A stretch of DNA of 24,594 bases from Clostridia bacterium (GTDB taxonomy: Bacteria > Bacillota > Clostridia > UMGS1810), in contig JAGBXL010000229.1 of the NCBI GenBank assembly GCA_017629325.1, forward strand, positions 1-24,594. Direction: 5' to 3'. This document shows positions 1 to 8,982 of this stretch, in pieces. The stretch's first letter is position 1; each line of letters opens with the position of its first letter. The notes beneath the pieces are model-generated. The model was not told the DNA's origin and searched no databases. It was given only the letters and a program-made list of their open reading frames with translations. The position numbers were made by a program, and so were the translations under genes.

Positions 1-682
1 ATACATCGCTTACTCCAAAGAGCTTTTCTTTGGCAGATGCATAATTTTCCATTGTTTTGTGAAAATCAAGATGGTCCTGAGTTAAATTTGTAAAAGCACC
101 AACATGATAGTTGCAGCCATACACTCTGTCTAGTTCAAGTGCATGAGAAGAAACCTCCATAATACACCAGTCAACTTTTTCCTCTGCCATCTGGGCAAAA
201 ATACCCTGAAGCTCAATAGAATCAGGGGTTGTTCTGCCGGTTTCAAAAACCTTATCACCAATCATATTTTGATTTGTGCCGATTAGTCCGATTTTTTTTC
301 CTGTGTGCTCTAAAATATGCTTAACCAGATAGGTAACGGTTGTTTTACCATTTGTACCCGTTACACCAATTAGTTTAAATTTCTTATGTGGGTTACCATA
401 AAAATTCGATGCCGCTAATGCCTCAGCTCGTCTGGAAGATTTAACAACAACCTGTGTGCATTCAATATCGGGGCGGTATTCTTCGCACATTATTGCAACG
501 GCTCCGTTTTCTACCGCACTATTTATATACTTGTGCCCATCTGTTTGAAAACCTCGCACCGCAACAAACAGACTGCCGCTATGACACTCACGGGAATTAT
601 TTGTTATATGCGTAATCTCACAATCCTTGGAATTGTGTATTTCTAAAACGTCTATACCATTTAATATGCTTTGAAGCTTCAC
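1..682 (-). CDS. murE: UDP-N-acetylmuramoyl-tripeptide synthetase MurE (5' part; runs off the window)
   Basis: Not in the ORF track because it has no stop in the window. Translated by hand from GTG at 682 (SD AAGGGAG upstream): MKLQSILNGIDVLEIHNSKDCEITHITNNSRE...VAVRGFQTDGHKY...GVTGTNGKTT...TTPDSIELQ...MEVSSHAL...FTNLTQDHLDFH. It has the Mur ligase P-loop and MurE motifs, and sits after the PBP in dcw order. Confidence 0.93.
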   Translation of the reverse strand, partial: MKLQSILNGIDVLEIHNSKDCEITHITNNSRECHSGSLFVAVRGFQTDGHKYINSAVENGAVAIMCEEYRPDIECTQVVVKSSRRAEALAASNFYGNPHKKFKLIGVTGTNGKTTVTYLVKHILEHTGKKIGLIGTNQNMIGDKVFETGRTTPDSIELQGIFAQMAEEKVDWCIMEVSSHALELDRVYGCNYHVGAFTNLTQDHLDFHKTMENYASAKEKLFGVSDV

Positions 683-704
683 CCAAAAGCATCTCCCTTA
701 CTTA

Positions 705-2876
705 TTAGTGAACATTCGATGTGTAGTTAAATTCCACAGTAACTATGCTTCCTCTGGGAACCTCTGTTCCCGCTTCGGGACTTTGAGTACCTACAAGGGC
801 ACGGTAGTTGGCAACCTTTCCGCCTTTAACCTTCATATTAAGCCCTGCATTTGTGAGAAGGATATTTGCGTCAGAGGCAAAATACCCGTTGAGATCGGGC
901 ACGGTTACCATGTCGCTTTCAATAGCTTCGGTGTAAAGAATAACAACACCGTCCTCGCCAAGAGCTGTTCCAACCATGGGACTTTGAGAAACTACTCTGT
1001 CGCCGTTTCCATATTTATAATATTTAAGGCCGCTTGCTTTTATTGATGCAATTGCCTCGTCAACTGTTTTTTCTTTTACATCGGGAACAAAATTATATGT
1101 TACCTTTGAACTGCTCTCTATTTGCAGATACACTAAAACATCGGACATTATTTCCTTAAAAACAGGTGCCGCAATCTGACCGCCCATATATGAGCCGCCT
1201 GTTGGTTCGTCGAGCATAATAAGGCATATTACCTCAGGGTCATCGGCAGGTGCAAAGCCAACAAAAGAAGCTATATATTTACCGCTACCACGAGGCAGCT
1301 TTTCACTTGTTCCTGTTTTTCCGCCAACACGGAAGCCATCGATATAAGCATTTTTACTTGTGCCCTCTGCTGCAACACCCTCTAATATTTCACAAACTGT
1401 GTCGGCAGTTTCTTTGCTTATTACCTGTCTTATTGTTTCCGTTTCAAACTTTTTTAAAACCTTACCCTTATCATCTACAAGAGATTTTATAAGACGGGGT
1501 TTAACCATAAGACCATCGTTTGTTATTGCAGAATATGCTGTTATAAGCTGCAAGGGGGTTACAATAAAGCCCTGGCCGAAAGATGATGTTGCAAGCTCTG
1601 TTTCGTTGAAGCGGTCCATTGAATAAAAGGCACCGCTTGCTTCACCGGGAAGGTCGAAGCCGGTTGTTGATCCAAAGCCAAATGCTTTATAATATTTATA
1701 AAAACGATTGTTGCCAAGACGTGCACCAACAGACATAAACACAGGGTTACATGAATTATAAACCCCTTGAACAAAGTTCTCGCTTCCATGACCATTTCTG
1801 TTCCAGCAGTGAATGTTGTAATCTGCAACATGAACAGAGCCGGTGCACACAAAGTTTTCACTAAGGCCTACTATATTTTCTTCAAGAGCCATGGCAGCTA
1901 CCATAGCTTTAAAGGTTGAACCTGGCTCATAGGAATCAACAACTGCTTTGTTTCTCCACTGTCTGTTGAGTTCGTCGCTCATTGCCTGTGTTCTTTCTTT
2001 TTCGTCTTTTATTTGGGCAATTTCATTTGCCTTTTCTTCGTCAACAATTGTGAAGGGGGCATTTAAATCAAAGCTGGGGTGAGTTGCCATAGCAAGAATA
2101 TCACCGGTTTTTGCCTCCATTATTATGCAGGCAGCACCATTTTGAACATTATAATTCTGGCAGGCTTTTTTGAGGCTATCCTCTGCTTTACGCTGAATAA
2201 CTTCATCTATTGTCAGCACAACATTTACCCCGTTTTCAGGGTCAATGTATTTTTCATATTTATAGGGCATATCTGTGCCCGCGGCATTTTTTGCTGTTAT
2301 TATTCTTCCAGGGAGACCTTTAAGATAATTTTCATATATCATTTCAATTCCCGCAAGGCCCTGGTTGTCGGTTCCTACAAAACCTATTATATGCGAAGCA
2401 AGGCTGCCGCCCGGATAGTATCTTTTGAAATCCTCAACAAGAGCAATTCCAACAAAACCTTCTTCTCTGATTGCGTCAGCCTGATCTTTATCTATTTTTC
2501 TTTTTATAACCTCATACGATGAATTTCTGGAAAGGATATCGTATATTTTCTTTTTATCCATTTTGAGAATTCTTGCAAGAGATTTAGCTATTTCATTTCT
2601 TTTTTCTTTTGTTTTTATTTCTTTAGGACAAGCTGTAACAGTGTCTGCAGAAGCACTTTTTGCAAGTTCCTTAAGGTTGCGGTCATATATTGTGCCTCTT
2701 TTTGAAGATATAGCCACATCCTTGGTCTGCTGCAAGGCAGCCTCTTTGCTATACTCGCCTCCGCGAACAAACTGAATCCAGCCTATACGAATGCAAAGAA
2801 GGGCAAAAAGTACCACAACGCCTATTAGAATACCAAGAAGGCGATTCTGCATGCCAACATTGGTTTTTTTATTCAT
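705..2876 (-). CDS. Class B penicillin-binding transpeptidase (SpoVD/FtsI family) with two C-terminal PASTA domains
   Basis: N-terminal TM, RGTIYDRN dimerisation-domain motif, SxxK (PGSTFK), SxN (SCN), KTG (GKTGT), and two PASTA-like repeats (VPDVKEKTVDEA, VPDLNGYFASDA). Located between ftsL and murE. Confidence 0.93.
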   Translation of the reverse strand: MNKKTNVGMQNRLLGILIGVVVLFALLCIRIGWIQFVRGGEYSKEAALQQTKDVAISSKRGTIYDRNLKELAKSASADTVTACPKEIKTKEKRNEIAKSLARILKMDKKKIYDILSRNSSYEVIKRKIDKDQADAIREEGFVGIALVEDFKRYYPGGSLASHIIGFVGTDNQGLAGIEMIYENYLKGLPGRIITAKNAAGTDMPYKYEKYIDPENGVNVVLTIDEVIQRKAEDSLKKACQNYNVQNGAACIIMEAKTGDILAMATHPSFDLNAPFTIVDEEKANEIAQIKDEKERTQAMSDELNRQWRNKAVVDSYEPGSTFKAMVAAMALEENIVGLSENFVCTGSVHVADYNIHCWNRNGHGSENFVQGVYNSCNPVFMSVGARLGNNRFYKYYKAFGFGSTTGFDLPGEASGAFYSMDRFNETELATSSFGQGFIVTPLQLITAYSAITNDGLMVKPRLIKSLVDDKGKVLKKFETETIRQVISKETADTVCEILEGVAAEGTSKNAYIDGFRVGGKTGTSEKLPRGSGKYIASFVGFAPADDPEVICLIMLDEPTGGSYMGGQIAAPVFKEIMSDVLVYLQIESSSKVTYNFVPDVKEKTVDEAIASIKASGLKYYKYGNGDRVVSQSPMVGTALGEDGVVILYTEAIESDMVTVPDLNGYFASDANILLTNAGLNMKVKGGKVANYRALVGTQSPEAGTEVPRGSIVTVEFNYTSNVH

Positions 2877-2925
2877 TTAATATGTTCCTTTCAACAAAAA
2901 CTACTCTACTATATATACTGAAAAA

Positions 2926-3411
2926 TTAGCGGATATATGCTAAAAACGACTGCACTCCGGATATTATTTCTTCTACAAAGCCTTTGCTCTCTTGTTTTTC
3001 ATTTGCAAGCTCGGCATAATCGCTCTGCACAACATTAACATAAACATTCTGATAGCTTTCGGGGTGCTGCATACCAAATTCGCTTATGGCTTTGCGTTCT
3101 ACTTCGTTATAATCAACGCCCGACACAAGCTCAAAAGAAACCTGTGTGTTTCTTACCTTCATATCTTCAAGTTCTTTGGTCAGCTCTGTAACCTTACTTG
3201 CAGACTGCATAAGAAGTGCATTTGCAAAAAGAAACGCTATTGCAGTTACAAAAACAATACTCATGGCAATTGCTATTCTTTTTTTTGCAAGAATATCTTT
3301 TTTAGATTTTATAATTCTATTATGATTTTGTTTTTCCTGTACCTGTCTGGTGTAATTTTCATATTGGTCAAGTTTGTACGCTGAAGTGCCATCGTATAAA
3401 TTCTGTGCCAA
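2926..3411 (-). CDS. ftsL: FtsL-like cell division protein (single TM plus coiled coil)
   Basis: Lies between rsmH and the PBP. Basic patch, one TM (IAIAMSIVFVTAIAFLFANA), heptad region (VTELTKELEDMKVRN), then EVERKAISEFGM. Start re-called to TTG at 3411 (SD GAGGTG) because the ORF-track start overlaps rsmH. Confidence 0.72.
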   Translation of the reverse strand: MAQNLYDGTSAYKLDQYENYTRQVQEKQNHNRIIKSKKDILAKKRIAIAMSIVFVTAIAFLFANALLMQSASKVTELTKELEDMKVRNTQVSFELVSGVDYNEVERKAISEFGMQHPESYQNVYVNVVQSDYAELANEKQESKGFVEEIISGVQSFLAYIR

Positions 3412-3425
3412 TTTGTTCACCTCTC

Positions 3426-4358
3426 CTATAATTTTTCGCACACTCTTAATTTTGCACTCTTTGAACGCTTATTGTATGCTATTTCTTCTTCCGATGGAAG
3501 AACGGGTTTTGTTGTTATAAGTTTGCCTCTTGCCTTTTTGCCGCACACACAGATTGGAAAATCCTTGGGGCAGGTGCAGGCGCCTAAAAAGCTCTGGAAG
3601 GTTTTTTTAACTATGCGGTCTTCCAAAGAATGAAAGCTTATTACCGCAAGCCTTCCGCCCGGAGCAAGACAATCAAAAAAATCATTAAGCGATTTTTTGA
3701 GTGGCTCTAGTTCACTGTTGACTTCTATTCTTATTGCCTGAAAAACTCTCTTTGCAGGGTGAGAACCCTTTTGACGAAGTTTTTCGGGAATTGCTCTTTT
3801 TATAATGTCAACAAGCTCCAGTGTTGTTTCTATATTTCTTTTATTTCTTTGCTCACATATTATTGAAGCTATTTTCTTTGAAAATCTTTCTTCGCCATAT
3901 TCAAAAAATATGCGAACAAGCTCTTCCTCTGAATATGTATTTACAACATCATAAGCACTAAATTTAGCCGTGCGGTCCATTCGCATATCAAGAGGAGCGT
4001 CTTCCATATAAGAAAAACCTCTCTCAGTAAAATCAAGCTGATACGAAGACACACCCAAATCTATAACGGCTCCGTCTATGGCATCTACGCCCTCATTTTG
4101 AAGAATTTCTTTTATATTTGAAAAATTATCGTGAACATAGCTTACATTTTCAAACTGCGAAAGTCTTTTTGCGGCAGCCTCAAGCGCCTCGGTGTCGCGG
4201 TCAATTCCTATAAGCCTTCCTTTTTGAGAAAGCTTTGAGGCTATTTCAAAACTGTGCCCTCCGCCACCCAGGGTGCCATCGGCATATATGCCATCGGGTT
4301 TTATATTAAGTGAATCTATTGTTTCTTTAAGAAGCACAGATACATGACTGAATTCCAT
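3426..4358 (-). CDS. rsmH: 16S rRNA m4C1402 methyltransferase RsmH (MraW)
   Basis: [56 protein letters not shown] and RSKSAKLR motifs. Confidence 0.97.
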   Translation of the reverse strand: MEFSHVSVLLKETIDSLNIKPDGIYADGTLGGGGHSFEIASKLSQKGRLIGIDRDTEALEAAAKRLSQFENVSYVHDNFSNIKEILQNEGVDAIDGAVIDLGVSSYQLDFTERGFSYMEDAPLDMRMDRTAKFSAYDVVNTYSEEELVRIFFEYGEERFSKKIASIICEQRNKRNIETTLELVDIIKRAIPEKLRQKGSHPAKRVFQAIRIEVNSELEPLKKSLNDFFDCLAPGGRLAVISFHSLEDRIVKKTFQSFLGACTCPKDFPICVCGKKARGKLITTKPVLPSEEEIAYNKRSKSAKLRVCEKL

Positions 4359-4367
4359 ATCTGCCTC

Positions 4368-4799
4368 CTATATGATTATGCCTTTTTCGTAAAGGTCGTC
4401 TGCCATCTGGTCGGTATCAATGCTACTAATGCGTTCCTGAAGTTTTTCGCTGCTCCAGATTGCAAGCTTGTTGCCGCTTCCTGTAACAGTTACTTCTTTT
4501 TCAAGATTTGCGTATTCTCTAAGTGTTGGGGGAATAAGAAATCTTCCCTGTTTATCGGTTTCACAATCGGTTGCGCCCGAAAGGAAAAGAAGTGAAAAGT
4601 TTCTTGCTTCCCTGCTGGAAAGAGGAAGCGCGCTTAATTTTTCGCAGAACTTGTCCCACTCTTCGTGGCTATACACATAGAGGTTTTTATCAAGACCGCG
4701 TGTTATAACAAAGCTATCGCCGATAGCTTCTCTGAATTTAACAGGCATAATAATTCTGCCCTTGGAATCCAGATTGTGTTTGTATTCACCACTGAACAA
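4368..4799 (-). CDS. mraZ: Division/cell wall cluster transcriptional repressor MraZ
   Basis: FSGEYKHNLDSKGRI and DKQGRFLIP (two AbrB-like DxxGR repeats), first gene of the dcw cluster. Probable start is TTG at 4799 with GGAG 8 nt upstream (the ORF track uses GTG at 4808). Confidence 0.95.
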   Translation of the reverse strand: MFSGEYKHNLDSKGRIIMPVKFREAIGDSFVITRGLDKNLYVYSHEEWDKFCEKLSALPLSSREARNFSLLFLSGATDCETDKQGRFLIPPTLREYANLEKEVTVTGSGNKLAIWSSEKLQERISSIDTDQMADDLYEKGIII

Positions 4800-4850
4800 G
4801 TTCTTCACTCCCTTCCATATAAATAAATGGAGATTTTTTATATTTTTTCA

Positions 4851-4884
4851 CCACTGATTACCACAATGTTGCACTAATCGCCAC
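4851..4884 (-). promoter_or_regulatory. MraZ operator: four GTGG-type boxes at 10-bp periodicity
   Basis: The minus strand reads GTGG cgatta GTGC aacatt GTGG taatca GTGG(TG). Plus-strand CCAC/GCAC start at 4851, 4861, 4871 and 4881, directly downstream of the mraZ -10 box. Confidence 0.85.
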
Positions 4885-4894
4885 TTTTGAAACA

Positions 4895-4923
4895 ATTATA
4901 AACCATTTTTTTTGATTTTGCAA
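4895..4923 (-). promoter_or_regulatory. sigmaA-type promoter of the mraZ/dcw operon
   Basis: TTGCAA-17 bp-TATAAT on the minus strand. Confidence 0.8.
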
Positions 4924-4936
4924 TAGTTTTTAGCAT

Positions 4937-4974
4937 AAAAAAAACACCGATTTCTAATATATCGGTGTTTTTTT
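4937..4974 (-). terminator. Intrinsic terminator after the family-5 SBP gene
   Basis: AAAAAAACACCGAT / ATCGGTGTTTTTTT inverted repeat with a 9-nt loop and T-tracts on both strands. Confidence 0.85.
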
Positions 4975-5025
4975 AAAATTTCGTTAAATTTGCACAAAAG
5001 AATGACGCTATTTTAATGCAAAAAT

Positions 5026-6564
5026 TCACTTGCTTTCAATATACATATTTTCAAAGCCATAAAATGGCACTGAAAGGTTTGGGGCAAGCTTTCCTTTTAT
5101 CCTTTTATTTATAAAACTTGCATTGTTTGTAAAATAAAGTGGTATTTGCACTGCGTTATTCCGGTAATACTTTTCAAAATTCTGCCATGCCTGTTTTTTA
5201 TCTTCGCTTCCTGAAGTTGTATCTAAATTTGTTACAAGTGCTCTGAACTGGGCATCGTCATAGTTGCAGATACTTTCTATGGGTGATGAAAACATAAACT
5301 GCATATCTAAACTACCGGTTAAAAGCACTTCGCCTATATAGAGGTCGTAGTCGCCGAGGATAACCTTTGCTGAATAACTTTCAAAATCCCTGCCATCAAG
5401 AGTTACTGTGTAGCCAGCAGCTTCAAGCTGCTGCTTAACCGCCACAGCAAGCCTTGTTTTTGTTTTACTCTCGGAATTATAAAGAAGACTGCAGCTTACG
5501 GCTGGGGCATTTTCAATTTCTTTTACTGTTTCATCGTTTATTTCATTTTCCGCTTCTTGAGCCGGGTTATAATAAACGCCCTCTCTCACCGGTGAATATG
5601 CCGCCGCAGCATGCCCAAGCATAATATCGTTGGCTGTTTTAACAGGATCTATATAGGAAAGAAGCTTTCTTCTTTCAGGGGCAGAATCAAACTTTTCGTC
5701 CTGACAGTTTATTCCCACAAAAGTGAAACGGTTCTGCTCATTTTCAAAGGTTTTAAACATTGAAGATGTCAGCTCCAATTCGCCAAAGCTTCGCCATGAG
5801 GTTGTGAGAGCATCTGTTATGCCGGAATCAAAGGCTGAAACGATGGTATCTTCATCTGAAAGGATTTCAATATTTACGTTATCTATATATGCTCTTTTAC
5901 CTCCTCCATGCCAATCATCATTTGCCTTTAAAACAATGTTTTTATGAGCAAGAGTTGTATCGTATTTATATATTCCCGTTCCATTTGGCACAAAGGAAGA
6001 ATTCTGCGGCATAAAATCATCTGCCGTAAGACCTTTTGGAAGAATGGGGAAATCAAAATTATTTATAAAGTCGGTTTTAGAGGAATTGAGCTTTATAACA
6101 AGCGTGCTGTTGCCGTTAGCACTGTATCCTGAAATATATTTCATAAAGCCCGAAAACTTGTCTGAATAAAGTGCCATATAATTAAGAGTTGCCACAACAT
6201 CATGGGCAGTAAATGTTTTGCCGTTATGAAAACGAATGTTTTCTTTAAGCTTAACAGTATAAACCGTATTGTTATCAGATGCGGTGTAGCTTTCGGCAAG
6301 AACGCCTTCTACGGTTTGGTCGGCTTTTAAAACAAACAGCCCTTCATATATTAAAGATAAAAAATCCGAAACAGAAGCATGCTTTGTTATAAGCGGGTTC
6401 ATTGTATCAACAGAAACACACGCAAGACGAAATGTGCCGCCAAACTCAGCACCGTTTTCTTTTAAACCGCTCGAATCTACTGTTTTTTCTTTATTTGAAC
6501 ACCCTGCAAATGTGCTCACTATTATAAATAATATAAGTATTAGAGAACATATTTTTTTTGGCAT
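5026..6564 (-). CDS. ABC transporter substrate-binding lipoprotein, family 5 (Opp/Dpp/Nik-like), orphan
   Basis: Lipobox FAGC. GGTFRLA, MNPL, IYEGLF, LAESY, VKLKENIRFHNGKTFTAHDVVAT, PNGTGIYKY and IPLYF match the SBP_bac_5 pattern. Confidence 0.85.
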   Translation of the reverse strand: MPKKICSLILILFIIVSTFAGCSNKEKTVDSSGLKENGAEFGGTFRLACVSVDTMNPLITKHASVSDFLSLIYEGLFVLKADQTVEGVLAESYTASDNNTVYTVKLKENIRFHNGKTFTAHDVVATLNYMALYSDKFSGFMKYISGYSANGNSTLVIKLNSSKTDFINNFDFPILPKGLTADDFMPQNSSFVPNGTGIYKYDTTLAHKNIVLKANDDWHGGGKRAYIDNVNIEILSDEDTIVSAFDSGITDALTTSWRSFGELELTSSMFKTFENEQNRFTFVGINCQDEKFDSAPERRKLLSYIDPVKTANDIMLGHAAAAYSPVREGVYYNPAQEAENEINDETVKEIENAPAVSCSLLYNSESKTKTRLAVAVKQQLEAAGYTVTLDGRDFESYSAKVILGDYDLYIGEVLLTGSLDMQFMFSSPIESICNYDDAQFRALVTNLDTTSGSEDKKQAWQNFEKYYRNNAVQIPLYFTNNASFINKRIKGKLAPNLSVPFYGFENMYIESK

Positions 6565-6575
6565 TTATTTTATCC

Positions 6576-7349
6576 TCACCTTACTGCTATTCTTTTAACC
6601 GATTTGCACTTTCCTGTTTTTTCGTCTATTGAAAATACCGCACCGCAAAGAATTGCTCTGCCTTGGGCATATTCAAACCTTTGGGGAATGGCTTTGGTGA
6701 ATCGGTTTATAATTATGTTTTTATCTACACCCAGAACCGAATCTTCACAGCCCGTCATTCCAAGGTCGGTTATATATCCGGTGCCTCTTGGTGTAACAAG
6801 TTCATCGGCAGTCTGCACATGAGTGTGAGTGCCAAAAAGAGCAGACACCCTGCCATCTAAATAAAACATCATAGCTTTTTTTTCGCTCGTTGCTTCTGCA
6901 TGGAAATCTACTATTATGATATCACTACTATCTTTTATTTTTTCAATCTCTCTGTCGCAAGCTTTAAATGGGCAATCAAGCGATAAATTTATATTTACTC
7001 TGCCCATTATATTTATTATACCAATTCTCACGCCGTTATGTTTAATAACTGCACTGCCACTTCCCGGAGTGCCATCGGGATAATTTGCAGGACGAATGAT
7101 ATTACTTTCATTTTCAAAAAGCTTTATAACATCCTGCTTACCAAAGGTATGATTGCCAAGAGTGAAAAAATCAACCCCTGCATCTGTGAGATTATCGTAA
7201 TTCCCTCTTGATATTCCAACTCCGGAGGCATTTTCTCCGTTTGCAATGCAGAAATCTATATTTTCATCGGCTATTATTTCTTTAAGCACCATTTGGGTGT
7301 GCTCAGCTCCGCACGAGCCAAAAATATCACCAATCGCAAGTATGTTCAT
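6576..7349 (-). CDS. ymdB: YmdB-family (TIGR00282) metallophosphoesterase / 2',3'-cyclic nucleotide phosphodiesterase
   Basis: GDIFG, NGENA, TLGNH, DFHAEATSEK, GTHTHVQTAD and TDLGMTG motifs. Directly downstream of rny, as in many Firmicutes. Confidence 0.93.
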   Translation of the reverse strand: MNILAIGDIFGSCGAEHTQMVLKEIIADENIDFCIANGENASGVGISRGNYDNLTDAGVDFFTLGNHTFGKQDVIKLFENESNIIRPANYPDGTPGSGSAVIKHNGVRIGIINIMGRVNINLSLDCPFKACDREIEKIKDSSDIIIVDFHAEATSEKKAMMFYLDGRVSALFGTHTHVQTADELVTPRGTGYITDLGMTGCEDSVLGVDKNIIINRFTKAIPQRFEYAQGRAILCGAVFSIDEKTGKCKSVKRIAVR

Positions 7350-7410
7350 AATTAGCTACCTACTTTCCACAATGGTTAGATAATGGATAAAACCTGTATT
7401 CACAACTGAC

Positions 7411-7435
7411 AAGAGCGGGCATATTGCCCGCTCTT
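7411..7435. other. GC-rich 11-bp stem-loop between rny and ymdB
   Basis: AAGAGCGGGCA-TAT-TGCCCGCTCTT perfect inverted repeat, with no clear U-tract on the coding (minus) strand. Confidence 0.7.
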
Positions 7436-7440
7436 AACAT

Positions 7441-8982
7441 TTATTTTGCATAATCAACTGAGCGCGTTTCCCTTATAACATTAACTTTTATCTGTCCGGG
7501 ATACTCAAGCTCACTTTCTATTTTCTTAACTATATCTCTTGCAATAAGGATTGTGTCTTCATCTTTAACATCTTCGGGTTTAACCATAATTCTGATTTCT
7601 CTGCCCGCCTGTATTGCATAAGATTTTTCAACACCGCTGAAGGAATTTGCAATTTCTTCAAGCTTTTCAAGGCGTTTTATGTATGTTTCAAGATTTTCTC
7701 TTCTTGCACCGGGTCTTGCTGCACTTATTGCATCGCAAGCCTGAACAATGCAAGCTATAACTGTTTGTGCTTCAACATCGCCATGATGTGCCTGGATAGC
7801 ATGAATAACATCATTTGATTCGTGATATTTTTTAGCAAGATCAACACCGATATCAACATGAGAGCCTTCGATTTCGTGGTCAACAGATTTACCGATATCA
7901 TGGAGAAGTCCTGCTCTTTTAGCAGTTTTAACATCAACACCCAGTTCTGCCGCCATAATGCCCGCAAGATGAGCCACCTCTGTTGAGTGTTTTAAAACAT
8001 TCTGACCATAGCTTGTTCTGTATTTCATTCTTCCTAAAAGTTTAACAAGCTCTGGGTGGAGACCATGCACCCCTGTTTCAAAGGTTGCCTGCTCGCCCTC
8101 CTGTTTGATGATGGCTTCAATTTCTTTTCTTGATTTTTCAACTGTTTCTTCAATTCTTGCCGGATGAATACGTCCGTCAACAATAAGTTTTTCAAGAGAC
8201 ATTCTTGCGATTTCTCTTTTGATTGGGTCAAATCCCGAAAGGACAACTGCCTCGGGAGTATCGTCAATAATTAAATCTATACCGGTTAATGTTTCAAGGG
8301 TTCTGATGTTTCTGCCCTCTCTACCGATAATTCTTCCCTTCATTTCGTCGCTTGGAAGTGCAACAACAGATACTGTTGTTTCAGCAACGTGATCTGCAGC
8401 ACATTTCTGGATTGCTGCACTGATGATGTTTCTTGCACGCTTGTCTGCTTCTTCTTTTGCTTCCTCTTCGATGTTTTTAATAAGCATAGCAGATTCGTGG
8501 CGGATTTCGGACTCTACATTCTTTAAGAGGAAGGATTTTGCTTCTTCTACTGAAAGTCCTGAAATTCTTTCAAGAATTTCAAGCTGAGCACTCTTTACTT
8601 TTGCTGTTTCTTCTTTGAGTTCTTCAGCTTCTTTAATTCTTTTAGCTAATGTTTCTTCTTTTTTCTCAAGAGCTTCTGATTTTTTATCGAGAGCTTCTTC
8701 TTTTTGCTGAATTCGTCTTTCCTGACGATTTATTTCGTTTCGTCTTTCTTTGATTTCTCTTTCGAATTCATTACGATTTTTATGAATTTCGTCTTTAGCT
8801 TCGATTAAGGCTTCTTTTTTCTTTGATTCAGCCTTTTTCTCTGCATCTTCAATAATGGCTTTTGCCTTTTGTTCGGCTCCGCCGATTTTTGCTTCGGCAA
8901 TCTTCTTTCTGTAAACACTGCCCGATATAAAACCGATGATAAGTGCTACAATAGCAGACGCCGCAATAATTATGATGTCCAT
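7441..8982 (-). CDS. rny: Ribonuclease Y
   Basis: N-terminal TM, long coiled coil, KH domain ([12 protein letters not shown]), HD domain (GLLHDIGK) and C-terminal [12 protein letters not shown]. Start re-called to ATG 8982 (SD AAGGAG 8 nt upstream). Confidence 0.97.
   Translation of the reverse strand: MDIIIIAASAIVALIIGFISGSVYRKKIAEAKIGGAEQKAKAIIEDAEKKAESKKKEALIEAKDEIHKNRNEFEREIKERRNEINRQERRIQQKEEALDKKSEALEKKEETLAKRIKEAEELKEETAKVKSAQLEILERISGLSVEEAKSFLLKNVESEIRHESAMLIKNIEEEAKEEADKRARNIISAAIQKCAADHVAETTVSVVALPSDEMKGRIIGREGRNIRTLETLTGIDLIIDDTPEAVVLSGFDPIKREIARMSLEKLIVDGRIHPARIEETVEKSRKEIEAIIKQEGEQATFETGVHGLHPELVKLLGRMKYRTSYGQNVLKHSTEVAHLAGIMAAELGVDVKTAKRAGLLHDIGKSVDHEIEGSHVDIGVDLAKKYHESNDVIHAIQAHHGDVEAQTVIACIVQACDAISAARPGARRENLETYIKRLEKLEEIANSFSGVEKSYAIQAGREIRIMVKPEDVKDEDTILIARDIVKKIESELEYPGQIKVNVIRETRSVDYAK

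Noticed and set aside
708-2775. Plus-strand ORFs within the PBP gene (708-1046, 1250-1492, 1360-1626, 2079-2522, 2563-2775) and minus-strand 1559-1861
   Set aside because: These are antisense or alternate-frame shadows of a well-supported gene, with no SD and no recognisable motifs.
2890-2942. Possible sigmaE/sigmaG promoter upstream of the PBP (GCATATAT...GTATATAT on the minus strand)
   Set aside because: No spacing gives a credible CATA-type -10. The match comes from AT alternation.
4990-5017. Plus-strand TTGCAC-16-TTTAAT antisense promoter into the SBP 3' end
   Set aside because: Non-optimal spacer and a -10 lacking the conserved A. Expected by chance in AT-rich DNA.
7362-7404. Three DnaA-box-like 9-mers between rny and ymdB
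   Set aside because: Each matches TTATCCACA at only about 7/9, there is no oriC context, and the region is too short.
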